Of a DNA stretch of 58,290 nt, positions 1 to 9,277 are shown piece by piece (positions within the stretch are counted from its first letter, which is position 1; each line of letters starts with the position of its first letter). A program made the translations under genes and the position numbers. The stretch spans positions 1 to 58,290 of the forward strand of contig PKSY01000157.1 of NCBI GenBank assembly GCA_002869405.1. Reading direction: 5' to 3'. Source of the stretch: Marinilabiliales bacterium. GTDB taxonomy: Bacteria; Bacteroidota; Bacteroidia; Bacteroidales; BM520. Below the pieces are notes generated by a model, which saw nothing but the letters and a program-made list of their open reading frames with translations, was not told the DNA's origin and ran no database searches.

Positions 1-1
1 T

Positions 2-76
2 ACTCTGAAGGAGTTATTAAGCTACGACCTGTCGGAAGCCGATATTCCTATTGCAGAATTTATAAGAAAAGCCTGA
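2..76 (+). CDS. 3' end of an unidentified CDS (partial, enters from window edge)
   Basis: Frame 2 is open from the edge and stops at TGA 74-76 (TLKELLSYDLSEADIPIAEFIRKA*). It is too short to assign a family. Confidence 0.25.
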   Translation, partial: TLKELLSYDLSEADIPIAEFIRKA

Positions 77-96
77 CAAATCACATCATCAGGCTT
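62..96 (-). terminator. Intrinsic terminator downstream of the amylase gene
   Basis: 8-bp stem aagcctga/tcaggctt (69-76 / 89-96). On the minus strand it is followed by TTTTCTT. Confidence 0.55.
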
Positions 97-122
97 CTCG
101 TCACACATTCAATAATCTATAA

Positions 123-1535
123 TTATTTATAGTAAACCCGGTATTCCCAGGGCGTGAGAGTCATAGTCTCTTTGTCTGAAAGTGATACAGTTTCATCACT
201 CATAAAAACAGTATACTCTCCTGCAAGGTATTTTCCTGAAACCTCATATTCACCCTCCTGATCAGAAAGATTGAATATAGCCACGACCTTGTCATCCTCT
301 TTTTCCCTGACAAAGGCATAAATATTACTCTGGTCAGATGATTCCAGACGAATAAATGATCCTCCGAATTCTCCATTCCACAAAGCTTTGTTTTCATGTT
401 TGAGTTCAAACAGTGCCTTGTAGAGGTCAAAGAAAGGATGTTCTTTCCATTCAACCTGATCCTTTTCAAAAAACTCAAGTCTTTTATCCAGGCCTGCTTC
501 CTGACCGGTATAAACAAGAGGCATTCCGGGAACTGTGGATGAGAGTACTGCAAATGCATAAGCACCATCACCCATTCTTTCCCAAACCGTACCATTCCAT
601 GAATTTTCATCATGATTGGATGTAAAATTCATTTTATATGCGCCTCGGGGGAAACGTCTCATCTGACGGTCAAAATATGCCTGAATACTATCTGCATCAA
701 GATCACCTTTTGCCACATGATTCATAATGTGATGAAATTCCCATCCGTATTCCATATCAAAAGCACTTACAATAAGTGGCGCATCTTCAGCTTCTGCAAG
801 CATAAAAACCGGCTTGATATTATCGAGTGCCATACGTGCGGTATCCCAGAATTCCACCGGTACCATACCGGCAACATCGCAACGATAACCGTCAATATCA
901 AACTCCCGTACCCAGTATTCCAGTGCATCAATCATCGCCTTGTGTAATCCGGGTTCATCATAATTCAAATCGGCCACATCACTCCAGTCGAAAGGACTCA
1001 CCAGGTTACCATCTTCATCTTTTGTATACCACTCAGGGTGTTCATCAATCCATGCATGATCCCATGCAGTGTGATTTGCCACCCAATCAAGAATCACCTT
1101 CATGCCGTTCTCATGCGCAGTCTGAACCAGGGCGGAAAAATCATCCGCATCACCAAATTCAGGATTTAAACCTTTGTAATCCTTAACGGCGTAATAGCTG
1201 CCAAGAGTTCCTTTACGGTTTTTCTCACCTATTGGATGCACCGGCATAAGCCACAGGATATCAATTCCCATCTCTTTCAGGCGGGGAATATGAGCTGAAA
1301 AAGCATCAAATGTACCCTCTTCAGTAAACTGTCTGATGTTTACTTCATAGATGGTTGCATTCTTTGACCATTCAGGGTGATTAACGGTAGTCAATCCCGG
1401 CAGCTTATCAGTATCCTGATCAGCATTGTTTCCTGGTTTTGATGAGTTGCAGGAAATAAGAAATAATGAAGCAATAACAATCCCCATGGCAATGTAAATG
1501 GCATGAGGTGATACGTGTTCAACAATTCGTGTCAT
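123..1535 (-). CDS. GH13 alpha-amylase family glycosidase, lipoprotein
   Basis: 470 aa. The four GH13 regions are visible: DWVANHT, GYRCDVAGM, MLAEAE, FTSNHDEN. N-terminal signal with lipobox-like LFLISC. Confidence 0.9.
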   Translation of the reverse strand: MTRIVEHVSPHAIYIAMGIVIASLFLISCNSSKPGNNADQDTDKLPGLTTVNHPEWSKNATIYEVNIRQFTEEGTFDAFSAHIPRLKEMGIDILWLMPVHPIGEKNRKGTLGSYYAVKDYKGLNPEFGDADDFSALVQTAHENGMKVILDWVANHTAWDHAWIDEHPEWYTKDEDGNLVSPFDWSDVADLNYDEPGLHKAMIDALEYWVREFDIDGYRCDVAGMVPVEFWDTARMALDNIKPVFMLAEAEDAPLIVSAFDMEYGWEFHHIMNHVAKGDLDADSIQAYFDRQMRRFPRGAYKMNFTSNHDENSWNGTVWERMGDGAYAFAVLSSTVPGMPLVYTGQEAGLDKRLEFFEKDQVEWKEHPFFDLYKALFELKHENKALWNGEFGGSFIRLESSDQSNIYAFVREKEDDKVVAIFNLSDQEGEYEVSGKYLAGEYTVFMSDETVSLSDKETMTLTPWEYRVYYK

Positions 1536-1646
1536 AAGATTTATAGTTAGTTAATAACAATATCCGGCTGGATGTTAACAAAGATAAGTTTTTGTTGTTA
1601 GAGATTTAACTTAGAATCGTATTTTCGTAATGCAAACGTATTCGAT

Positions 1647-2519
1647 ATGAAGAATTCCACAACAATAATTATTATCGCAGCATTTTTCTTTTTGCTAACG
1701 TCATGTATGGGACCTGGAAATGAAAAAAACAACAACGCATCCGACACTGAAAAACCGCTATTAAGTACAACTGTGATCCCTGTTGCCGGATTTATTGAAG
1801 CTATTGCCGGAGATGACTTTATTGTAAACACAATGGTACCTGAGGGCATGCCTCCTGTTGCCTATGAACCTTCATCACAACAACTTAAGGCACTGGAGCA
1901 CTCAGTAATGTATTTTTCACTGGAAGCGCTGGGTTTTGAGATGACCACACTTCCGGGATTAAAGAAAAGCAATCCCGGTTTGGAAATTATTGATATTTCA
2001 AGAGGGATTACTCCTATAACTGACGGGCATGATCACGGTCACGACCATGGCATTGACCCGCACATGTGGATGTCGCCGATACAAAGCAAGTATATTGCAA
2101 AAAACATTTATGAAGCCCTGGCACAGAAATATCCTGAAAAAGAAGAAGTTCTGACGTCGAATTATAATTCACTTATTAAGAAATTCGAGGATGCAGAAGC
2201 TTTTATTCTATCAAAACTGGGTGATAAAGAAATATCATTTATGATCTACCATCCTGCCTTATCATATTTTGCAAGAGATTATGGTCTGGAGCAGATACCG
2301 GTGGAAGTTCACGGGAAGGAGCCAACTCCCGACTATTTGCATAAGGTTATCAGAGTGGCCAATGAAAAGAATATCAAGGTAATCTTTATTCAAAAGCAAT
2401 TTGATAGTAACTTTGCAAAAATTATCGCAAAAGAGACCAATGCGAAAGTCATTGTTTTTGACCCTCTGGCAAAAAACTGGGAGAAAACGCTGTACACAGT
2501 AGTTAATTCATTAAAATAA
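1647..2519 (+). CDS. znuA: Zinc ABC transporter substrate-binding protein (ZnuA/TroA cluster-9 family)
   Basis: 290 aa, signal peptide ending LLTSC. His/Asp-rich loop DGHDHGHDHGIDPHMW is typical of ZnuA. Followed by an ABC ATPase and permease. Confidence 0.8.
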   Translation: MKNSTTIIIIAAFFFLLTSCMGPGNEKNNNASDTEKPLLSTTVIPVAGFIEAIAGDDFIVNTMVPEGMPPVAYEPSSQQLKALEHSVMYFSLEALGFEMTTLPGLKKSNPGLEIIDISRGITPITDGHDHGHDHGIDPHMWMSPIQSKYIAKNIYEALAQKYPEKEEVLTSNYNSLIKKFEDAEAFILSKLGDKEISFMIYHPALSYFARDYGLEQIPVEVHGKEPTPDYLHKVIRVANEKNIKVIFIQKQFDSNFAKIIAKETNAKVIVFDPLAKNWEKTLYTVVNSLK

Positions 2520-2523
2520 TCTC

Positions 2524-3285
2524 ATGCTATTTGACTTAAGGCATATTTATGCCGGATATAATGGAAAGACTATACTCAGGGACATCAATTTCACAATAAA
2601 CAGTGGTGACTTTATTGGGATTATTGGCCCAAATGGAGGAGGAAAAACCACCTTACTCAAAGTTCTTCTGGATATCATTGAGCCCATCAGGGGTGAAATC
2701 ATAAAAGGAGATAAAATTTCTACGTCAGGATCAAAATAAATTGGGTACCTTCCTCAGTATAGTGACTTTGACCGAAGGTTTCCGGTTACTATTGAGGACA
2801 TTGTACTTTCCGGCTTTATCACCCGGGGTAAATTATTTCAAAGATACAAAGCTGAAGAAAAAACCCGCGCAACATCACTAATGAAGGAGATGGGAATCTA
2901 TTCCATCCGGAAGAGCCCGGCTTCAGAAATCAGTGGCGGTCAGCTGCAGCGTGCACTGTTATGTCGCGCACTGGCATCAGATCCTGAAATACTCATTCTT
3001 GATGAGCCAAACACTTATGTGGATAATCAATTTGAGCATGAGCTGTACGACAGGCTTGTGAAATACAACAATCAGGGCAAAGCAATTCTTCTGGTAACAC
3101 ATGATGTAGGGACTGTTTCATATTACATCAAAACTATTGCCTGTGTAAATGAAACCCTTCACTACCATAACTCAAACATAATCACCGAGCAGCAGCTTGC
3201 TTCTTATAATTGTCCGTTACAAATAATCACCCACGGGGATGTACCGCATACCGTTTTAAAGAAACACGACCATTTCCATGAATAA
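2524..3285 (+). pseudogene. znuC: Zinc ABC transporter ATP-binding protein interrupted by one in-frame TAA (2737-2739)
   Basis: Track ORFs 2524-2739 and 2881-3285 are in the same frame. Walker A GPNGGGKTT lies upstream; signature SGGQLQRA and Walker B ILILDEP lie downstream. Read-through gives ...TSGSK*IGYLPQYSDFDRRFP..., a continuous ABC ATPase. Confidence 0.85.
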
Positions 3286-4129
3286 TCCTCTTGAATACAG
3301 TTACTTTATTAAGGCATTAATCGCGGCTGTTTTATCTGCATTCAGCAGTGGACTAGCAGGTACATGGATAGTAGCAAAAAGAAAAGTTTTTGTTACAGGC
3401 GGAATCTCACACAGCTCCTTTGGAGGAATCTGGCTTGGTTATTATTTGGGCATCTCGCCGGTTCTGGGTGCACTGGTTTTCGGTGTTTTATCGGCACTGG
3501 GAATCGAATATATTGCCGGTAAAAAGCAAATTCGTGAGGATAGCGCCATTGGTATATTCTGGTCGCTGGGAATGGCCGTGGGAATTATCTTTATATATCT
3601 CACACCCGGATATGCTCCAAACCTCACCGGATATCTGTTTGGAAGCATCCTGATTATCTCAAATTCAGATCTATGGGCACTTTTCGCAGCAAATGCAGTA
3701 ATGATTATCTTCTTTCTAATATTCTATAAAACCATACTCTTCATCTCTTATGATCCTGAGTATGCTGCCACCGTTAATCTGCCGGTAAGAACTTTTAATT
3801 ACATATTAATGGGATTGTCAGCATTAATCCTGGTCCTGAATATCCGTATTGCCGGAATAATACTGGTAATATCAATACTTACTATTCCTCCAACGATAGT
3901 CAATCTGTTTACACATAAATTTCACAAGATCATTCTCTTCAGTACATTGACAAGTATGGCAGGGACAGTCGGCGGACTATTATTCAGCTACTATTTCAGC
4001 CTGCCATCAGGAGCAACAATAGTATTCATTTTTGTACTTATGTTCGTGATTGCAAGAGCTATCAGGTGGATCACCTCGCGCTCCGGATATCATGACAGAA
4101 AGAGTGGTCAACTCAGCACAGACAATTAA
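3278..4129 (+). CDS. znuB: Metal ABC transporter permease (ABC-3 family)
   Basis: 283 aa, polytopic and hydrophobic. 8-nt overlap with the end of znuC, in the usual znuACB-type order. Confidence 0.85.
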   Translation: MNNPLEYSYFIKALIAAVLSAFSSGLAGTWIVAKRKVFVTGGISHSSFGGIWLGYYLGISPVLGALVFGVLSALGIEYIAGKKQIREDSAIGIFWSLGMAVGIIFIYLTPGYAPNLTGYLFGSILIISNSDLWALFAANAVMIIFFLIFYKTILFISYDPEYAATVNLPVRTFNYILMGLSALILVLNIRIAGIILVISILTIPPTIVNLFTHKFHKIILFSTLTSMAGTVGGLLFSYYFSLPSGATIVFIFVLMFVIARAIRWITSRSGYHDRKSGQLSTDN

Positions 4130-4151
4130 ACAGCATCTGATAGAGAATTGT

Positions 4152-5363
4152 ATGAAGCCGGTTATTTTAAATACATATAAAGATAAAGGTGGTGCAGCGA
4201 TTGCCGCCGGCAGGATTACCAAAGCCATTCAAAATGAAATCCCTCAAGCTTCTGCACAGTTTCTTATTGATGACAACAACAGAAGTCTTACAGGTTCAAT
4301 CCAAAAACTCAGGCCATATATTGATTTCGGTTGGGGTTTTTTAAGATCATTCAAGCGGCTTCCATATTTTCCCGCAGTATTAAAAACACCAACGCTTAAT
4401 AAAAAAATTACCTCCGAAAACCCTGATATTGTGCACTTTCACTGGATGCAGGGAGGTTATTTTGATTTCTCTGTTGATTCGGTACCGCATGGAATACCAT
4501 TGATATGGACTTTTCACGACCTCTGGCCTATCACCGGTGGATGTGCATATCCCGGAGAGTGTACAGGTTTTCTGAATAACTGTGGCAACTGTCCTTTGTT
4601 TCTTTTTCCCCGCACAAAAGACCTTAGCTATAGAAGTTTTAAGAGAAAACGAGATTTCTTTCAATCGATTTCGGATATACATATTGTAACACCATCATCC
4701 TGGCTTCAACAGAAAGTCAAACAATCACCTTTAACTGCTCATCTGAATACTTCAGTAATTCATAATGGTATTGATACAGAGACTTTTAAGCGCATCAACA
4801 AATCGGAGGCAAGAAAAAAGCTTGGTATTTCTGATCACAAAAACATAATCCTTTTCGGAGCGATTGGTGCTACCACAAATCCTAAGAAGGGATATGATCT
4901 TTTGTTAGATGCTTTCGGAAAAATGGATTATAGCCGCAACAGGCTGATAGTTTTTGGAAGCAGCAGGAAAGCTGAGAATAAAAATCCTGATATCACTTAT
5001 TATCCAATAATTAAAAATAATGAAACCTTAAACCTGCTTTACAGTGCTGCAGACGTAATGGTAGTTCCGAGCCGTGAAGAGGTATTCGGGCAAACCGTAA
5101 TTGAGGCCATGGCTTCCGGTACGCCGGTGGTAGCCTTTGATAACGGCGGCCCGGCAGACATTATCAAGCATAAGGTTAATGGCTACCTGGCTTTACCTTA
5201 TAGCACTGAAAGCCTTCAGGAAGGCATAGAATGGATACTAAGTCAAGATTCCGGTGAATTAGGTCAGAAAGCACAATTTCATATAGAAAATAACTTTCAC
5301 ATAACAAAGACTGCGGCAAAATACATATCTTTGTACCATTCTTTAGCACAAAGTGAAATTTAG
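4152..5363 (+). CDS. Glycosyltransferase family 4 (GT-B, retaining)
   Basis: Track ORF trimmed to ATG 4152 (MKPVILNTYKDKGGAAIAA), downstream of the znuB stop. C-terminal GT4 motif PSREEVFGQTVIEAMASGTPVVAFDNGG. Confidence 0.8.
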   Translation: MKPVILNTYKDKGGAAIAAGRITKAIQNEIPQASAQFLIDDNNRSLTGSIQKLRPYIDFGWGFLRSFKRLPYFPAVLKTPTLNKKITSENPDIVHFHWMQGGYFDFSVDSVPHGIPLIWTFHDLWPITGGCAYPGECTGFLNNCGNCPLFLFPRTKDLSYRSFKRKRDFFQSISDIHIVTPSSWLQQKVKQSPLTAHLNTSVIHNGIDTETFKRINKSEARKKLGISDHKNIILFGAIGATTNPKKGYDLLLDAFGKMDYSRNRLIVFGSSRKAENKNPDITYYPIIKNNETLNLLYSAADVMVVPSREEVFGQTVIEAMASGTPVVAFDNGGPADIIKHKVNGYLALPYSTESLQEGIEWILSQDSGELGQKAQFHIENNFHITKTAAKYISLYHSLAQSEI

Positions 5364-6129
5364 CATTATAACCCCATCATATAATCAGGCACAATTTATC
5401 CGTGAAACGATTAATAGTGTTTTAAGCCAAAAAGGAGATTTTGAGCTTGAATATATTATTATTGATGGCGCTTCAAATGACGGCACCGTTGAAATCCTGG
5501 ATGAATTTCAAGATAAAGCAGTAATCATTTCTGAACCGGATTCCGGCCAAAGTGAAGCGATAAACAAAGGATTCAGAATGGCCACAGGAGATATAATTGC
5601 CTGGTTGAATTCTGATGACCTGTATCTTGGTAATACCCTGCAAAATGTATATCAATATTTCCTCCAAAATCCTGAAAAGAAATGGCTTTACGGCAAATGT
5701 CATATCATTAACACGCGAGGAGATATTGTTCGCAAATGGATAACCGGCTATAAAAATCTCAGGCAAAAAAGATTTCACTTACGAAAACTTTTACGTGAGA
5801 ATTTCATTTCCCAGCCAGCTGTTTTCTTCCGAAAAGAACTACTCGAAACGGTTGGCGGAGTTGACGGAACCCTGGACTTCACCATGGATTATGACCTATG
5901 GATAAGAATGTCAAAGATCAGCACCCCAGGATATCTGGACGCATATCTTGCTAAATTCAGAAGGCATGACGTATCCAAAAGTGAAACATCTTATACCAGA
6001 CAGTTTGAGGAACAATTCGATGTGATGAAAAAGTACAGTAATTCGGGTTATGATGCATTTATTCATTCTCTGCTGAATTTTAGAACGATTTACACCTACA
6101 AACTCCTTAACCTTTTTAAACAAAAATGA
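5353..6129 (+). CDS. Glycosyltransferase family 2
   Basis: 258 aa with GTG start. Motifs IITPSYNQAQFI, IIDGASNDGT, NSDD (DxD). 11-nt overlap with the upstream GT4. Confidence 0.85.
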   Translation: MKFSIITPSYNQAQFIRETINSVLSQKGDFELEYIIIDGASNDGTVEILDEFQDKAVIISEPDSGQSEAINKGFRMATGDIIAWLNSDDLYLGNTLQNVYQYFLQNPEKKWLYGKCHIINTRGDIVRKWITGYKNLRQKRFHLRKLLRENFISQPAVFFRKELLETVGGVDGTLDFTMDYDLWIRMSKISTPGYLDAYLAKFRRHDVSKSETSYTRQFEEQFDVMKKYSNSGYDAFIHSLLNFRTIYTYKLLNLFKQK

Positions 6130-8120
6130 CCATAAAGCAAAAGATACTTATATATACACTTATACTCCTCACAGCAGGGGCTTTAATTTATCTAAGGACC
6201 TTAAACTATCCATTCCAGTTTGATGATGATATTCATATCACCAATAATCATTCAATAGATCATTTTGAACAATACAAGGACCTCAATTTCTGGAAAGATC
6301 ATATCCGAAGGCCTTTTGCCAAATTCACATTTTCGGTAAGTAACATATGGGCGCAGGGCAACCCCGCAGGGCATAGAATTGTAAATATCATTCTGCACTT
6401 TTTAAATGCTGTTCTGGTTTTTATTCTTTTCAGAAAAATATTTCAAATACTTGAACCTGAAGAAAATAAAGAGCGACAACTGTTACTGTCGCTTTTAGTT
6501 TCCGGTGTATTTCTGGTCCATCCAATGCAAACACAATCGGTAGTATATGTCGTTCAAAGGATGAACCTGTTAAGTGCTTTCTTTACACTTGGATCACTAA
6601 CGCTATTCCTCTCAGGCAGAATAAGAATCCGGAATCAGCAGAAACCGGCATTATCAATCCTGTTTTTTTTCTTATCTGCTATCATGGCAGTTGCGGGAGT
6701 GCTATCAAAGCAGAATGCTGCGGTTATATTACTACTGGGATTTCTCGCCGAAGCATTTCTTTTTCATCCGGTAAGCAAACACGAACGCTTTATCCATTGG
6801 AGTACACTTGTATCTATCCCGGTTATTATTGGCGTATATTTTTATTTAGCCGGATTTGATGGAACCACAAATGAAGTGAGTCCAATGGAATATTTCATTT
6901 CGCAGTGGCCAATCCTTTTGGAATATTTAAAGATGTATTTTGCTCCTTTCGGGCAAAGTATTGATCATCTGAGAGTTCCGTTTAGCTTTCCTTTTACATT
7001 TGGATATATTCTTGCCGGCGCCGTACATATTGCCATAATTCTTTTGGCGATATTTCTAAAAAGAGTTCCATCCGTTATCAGATTTGGGATATTATGGTTT
7101 TATATGGCACACGGCATTGAGTCCGGCTTTATACCAATTACAGATTTAATGGTTGATCACCGTAATTATCTGCCATATGCAGGATTAACCCTCAGCCTGG
7201 GGGCTGCACTTTTTCATTATATCCAAAACAGAAATCTTCGTCTGATAACTGCCATTGGAATAGTATTCTTCTTCAGTATAGTATCCTTCAACAGAGTAAA
7301 AGAATGGGAGTCAATAGAATCAATCTGGGCAGATTGCATTGAAAAAGACCCTGACAACCTCAGAGGATGGAACAATCTGTCGTATGGATTATTACAAGAA
7401 AATCCTGACAAGGCAAAACTTGCTGCCTTAAAAGCCATAGAACTTGATAGTACTTATTATCAGGCATATAATAATCTCGGTGCTGCTTTGCTAATGATGG
7501 AAGATACTTCCCGGGCGCAATGGTGCTTTTACAAATCACTTGAGTACGGCCCTGAAAATAATTACATCGCTCAATTCAATCTCGGGAACACATACATGTC
7601 AGGAGATTTGGAAAAAGCAATAATGTATTACACAAAAACACTCGAAACTGACCCTCTGCATCATAATGCCAGAAAGCAGCTTGCCACATGCTATGCACTA
7701 TCACAACAATATTCTGAAGCTATAAAACAGTACAAACTGTTGTTGAAGTTTTTTCCAACCCAAACAGAATTGATATTAAACCTTGCAGTATCATATGATA
7801 ACAACAACATGACTGAAGAGGCTATCAATACATTACAACCATATGCTGATTCGAACACGAGCAATCATGAGATATATTACTACCTTTCCAATTTCTATGG
7901 CAAAACAGGAGATTTTAGCTCCGCAGAGGAAATGATTGACAGAGCTATTGAAATTGATGATAACCTGAATTACCGGGTTAAAAGAGGTTTTATCAGGGAA
8001 AACAGAAAAAACTACAGTGGTGCCCTTGAGGATTATCAGTACGTAATTTCCCAGCAATATTCTGAGGTTCTGGAAAAAAGAATGAAAAATTGCATTTCTT
8101 TAACACAGGAATATAAATAA
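6126..8120 (+). CDS. TMTC/DUF1736-like GT-C membrane glycosyltransferase with C-terminal TPR domain
   Basis: 664 aa, roughly 10 N-terminal TM helices. First-loop acidic motif YPFQFDDDIHITNN. HPMQTQSVVYVVQRMNLLSAFF resembles the TMTC HP-HTE-V...GR-ELL block. The C-terminal ~250 aa are TPR-like repeats. ATGA overlap with the upstream GT2. Confidence 0.7.
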   Translation: MTIKQKILIYTLILLTAGALIYLRTLNYPFQFDDDIHITNNHSIDHFEQYKDLNFWKDHIRRPFAKFTFSVSNIWAQGNPAGHRIVNIILHFLNAVLVFILFRKIFQILEPEENKERQLLLSLLVSGVFLVHPMQTQSVVYVVQRMNLLSAFFTLGSLTLFLSGRIRIRNQQKPALSILFFFLSAIMAVAGVLSKQNAAVILLLGFLAEAFLFHPVSKHERFIHWSTLVSIPVIIGVYFYLAGFDGTTNEVSPMEYFISQWPILLEYLKMYFAPFGQSIDHLRVPFSFPFTFGYILAGAVHIAIILLAIFLKRVPSVIRFGILWFYMAHGIESGFIPITDLMVDHRNYLPYAGLTLSLGAALFHYIQNRNLRLITAIGIVFFFSIVSFNRVKEWESIESIWADCIEKDPDNLRGWNNLSYGLLQENPDKAKLAALKAIELDSTYYQAYNNLGAALLMMEDTSRAQWCFYKSLEYGPENNYIAQFNLGNTYMSGDLEKAIMYYTKTLETDPLHHNARKQLATCYALSQQYSEAIKQYKLLLKFFPTQTELILNLAVSYDNNNMTEEAINTLQPYADSNTSNHEIYYYLSNFYGKTGDFSSAEEMIDRAIEIDDNLNYRVKRGFIRENRKNYSGALEDYQYVISQQYSEVLEKRMKNCISLTQEYK

Positions 8121-8134
8121 TATCATAGTATTAA

Positions 8135-8142
8135 TATATTTG
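8135..8142 (+). promoter_or_regulatory. Bacteroidota -7 promoter box (TAnnTTTG)
   Basis: TATATTTG lies 3 nt upstream of ATG 8146. It may be an internal promoter of the glycosyltransferase operon. Confidence 0.35.
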
Positions 8143-8145
8143 TGT

Positions 8146-8910
8146 ATGCCTTTCCAATCAACAGATAAAAATCATACGCTGATTATTATTCCGGCTTTTA
8201 ATGAAGCTGCAACAATTTCTGATCTAATAACGGAGCTCAAAGCTACTTCCTCTGACTGGGATATTCTTGTGGTAAATGACGGCTCGACAGACAATACGAG
8301 TCAGATTGCAAAAGATACAGGCATAGCGGAAGTTATTGACCTGCCATATAACCTGGGAATTGGCGGCGCAGTTCAGACCGGCTTTAAATACGCCTGTTAT
8401 AAGAACTACTCCTATGCTATTCAGGTTGACGGTGACGGTCAGCATACACCAAAAGATGTTCAAAAGGTCCTTTCTCTGGTTTATTCCGGCCGGGCAGATG
8501 TGGGGATTGGATCCCGTTTCAACTCCAAAACAGAAAAGGATTATGGGGTACATTGGTTGAGAAAACTGGGGATTTGGATTTTTAAAATCCTAAGCATTGT
8601 ATTAATCCGGCAACACATAACTGACCACACGTCGGGTTTCAGAGCATATAACAAAAAAGCGCTATGCTTCCTTGCCTATAACTACCCTATTGATTTTCCT
8701 GAGCCTGAGGTAATAATTTTGCTTGGAAAAAACGGTTTCAGAATTGAAGAGACATTTACACAGATGCAGGAACGGCAGGGAGGTATATCATCCATTCCTA
8801 TTTCCAGAGGGCCTTATTATATGGCAAAGGTTATTCTCGGAATGATTATGGCATCACTCAGAAGGGCACAAATAGATAATACTCGTAGAGATGGAGCAAA
8901 ACACATTTAG
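8146..8910 (+). CDS. Glycosyltransferase family 2, polyprenyl-phosphate sugar synthase-like (GtrB/Ppm1/DPM1 type)
   Basis: Motifs LIIIPAFNEA, VVNDGSTDNT, QVDGDGQH. C-terminal hydrophobic helix YYMAKVILGMIMASL. Start moved from TTG 8140 to ATG 8146. Confidence 0.75.
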   Translation: MPFQSTDKNHTLIIIPAFNEAATISDLITELKATSSDWDILVVNDGSTDNTSQIAKDTGIAEVIDLPYNLGIGGAVQTGFKYACYKNYSYAIQVDGDGQHTPKDVQKVLSLVYSGRADVGIGSRFNSKTEKDYGVHWLRKLGIWIFKILSIVLIRQHITDHTSGFRAYNKKALCFLAYNYPIDFPEPEVIILLGKNGFRIEETFTQMQERQGGISSIPISRGPYYMAKVILGMIMASLRRAQIDNTRRDGAKHI

Positions 8911-9277
8911 CAACAGCAGGATTCAGATTATTGCTATCCTGGTATCACTGGCAGTACTGGTTGTCATCTTTAATTTAATCCGCAAAAAGAAAATAAAAGA
9001 GGAATACTCACTGTTGTGGATTTTATTTGGCGTTGTTTTCCTGATACTATCAATATGGCGGAATGGGCTAGAATACATTGCAGACTTGCTGGGTATAAAT
9101 TATGCACCGGCAGCGCTCTTTATCATCTTGCTTGCAGCTGTATTTTTCATCCTTATAGAGTTTAGTATCATACTTTCAAACCTCACAACTGCAAATAAAA
9201 ACCTGGCGCAGGAGATAGGAATCCTTAAAGCTGAACTACGACGATTAAAAGAGAAAGTTAACCTTGAATCAGAATAA
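8891..9277 (+). CDS. DUF2304 family small membrane protein
   Basis: 128 aa with 3-4 TM helices and a C-terminal coiled-coil tail. 20-nt overlap with the preceding GT2, the usual GT2-DUF2304 pairing. Confidence 0.65.
   Translation: MEQNTFSNSRIQIIAILVSLAVLVVIFNLIRKKKIKEEYSLLWILFGVVFLILSIWRNGLEYIADLLGINYAPAALFIILLAAVFFILIEFSIILSNLTTANKNLAQEIGILKAELRRLKEKVNLESE

Noticed and set aside
200-1186. Several 70-137-aa ORFs overlapping the amylase gene on both strands.
   Set aside because: They are shadow or out-of-frame ORFs within a GH13 gene whose four catalytic regions are intact.
1536-1646. Possible Zur operator upstream of znuA (repeated CGTATT words and an AACAAA...TTTGTT dyad).
   Set aside because: The dyads are short and imperfect, and I do not know a validated Bacteroidota Zur consensus to compare against.
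4050-4151. N-terminal extensions in the ORF track. These are 4050, 8140, 17892, 27363, 29447, 33673, 35526, 41080 and 41587 on the plus strand, and 13457, 44183, 47651 and 53809 on the minus strand.
   Set aside because: The extensions overlap upstream genes or promoter boxes, often start at TTG/GTG, and lack homology. In each case an internal ATG gives a canonical N-terminus (a signal peptide or a conserved family start).
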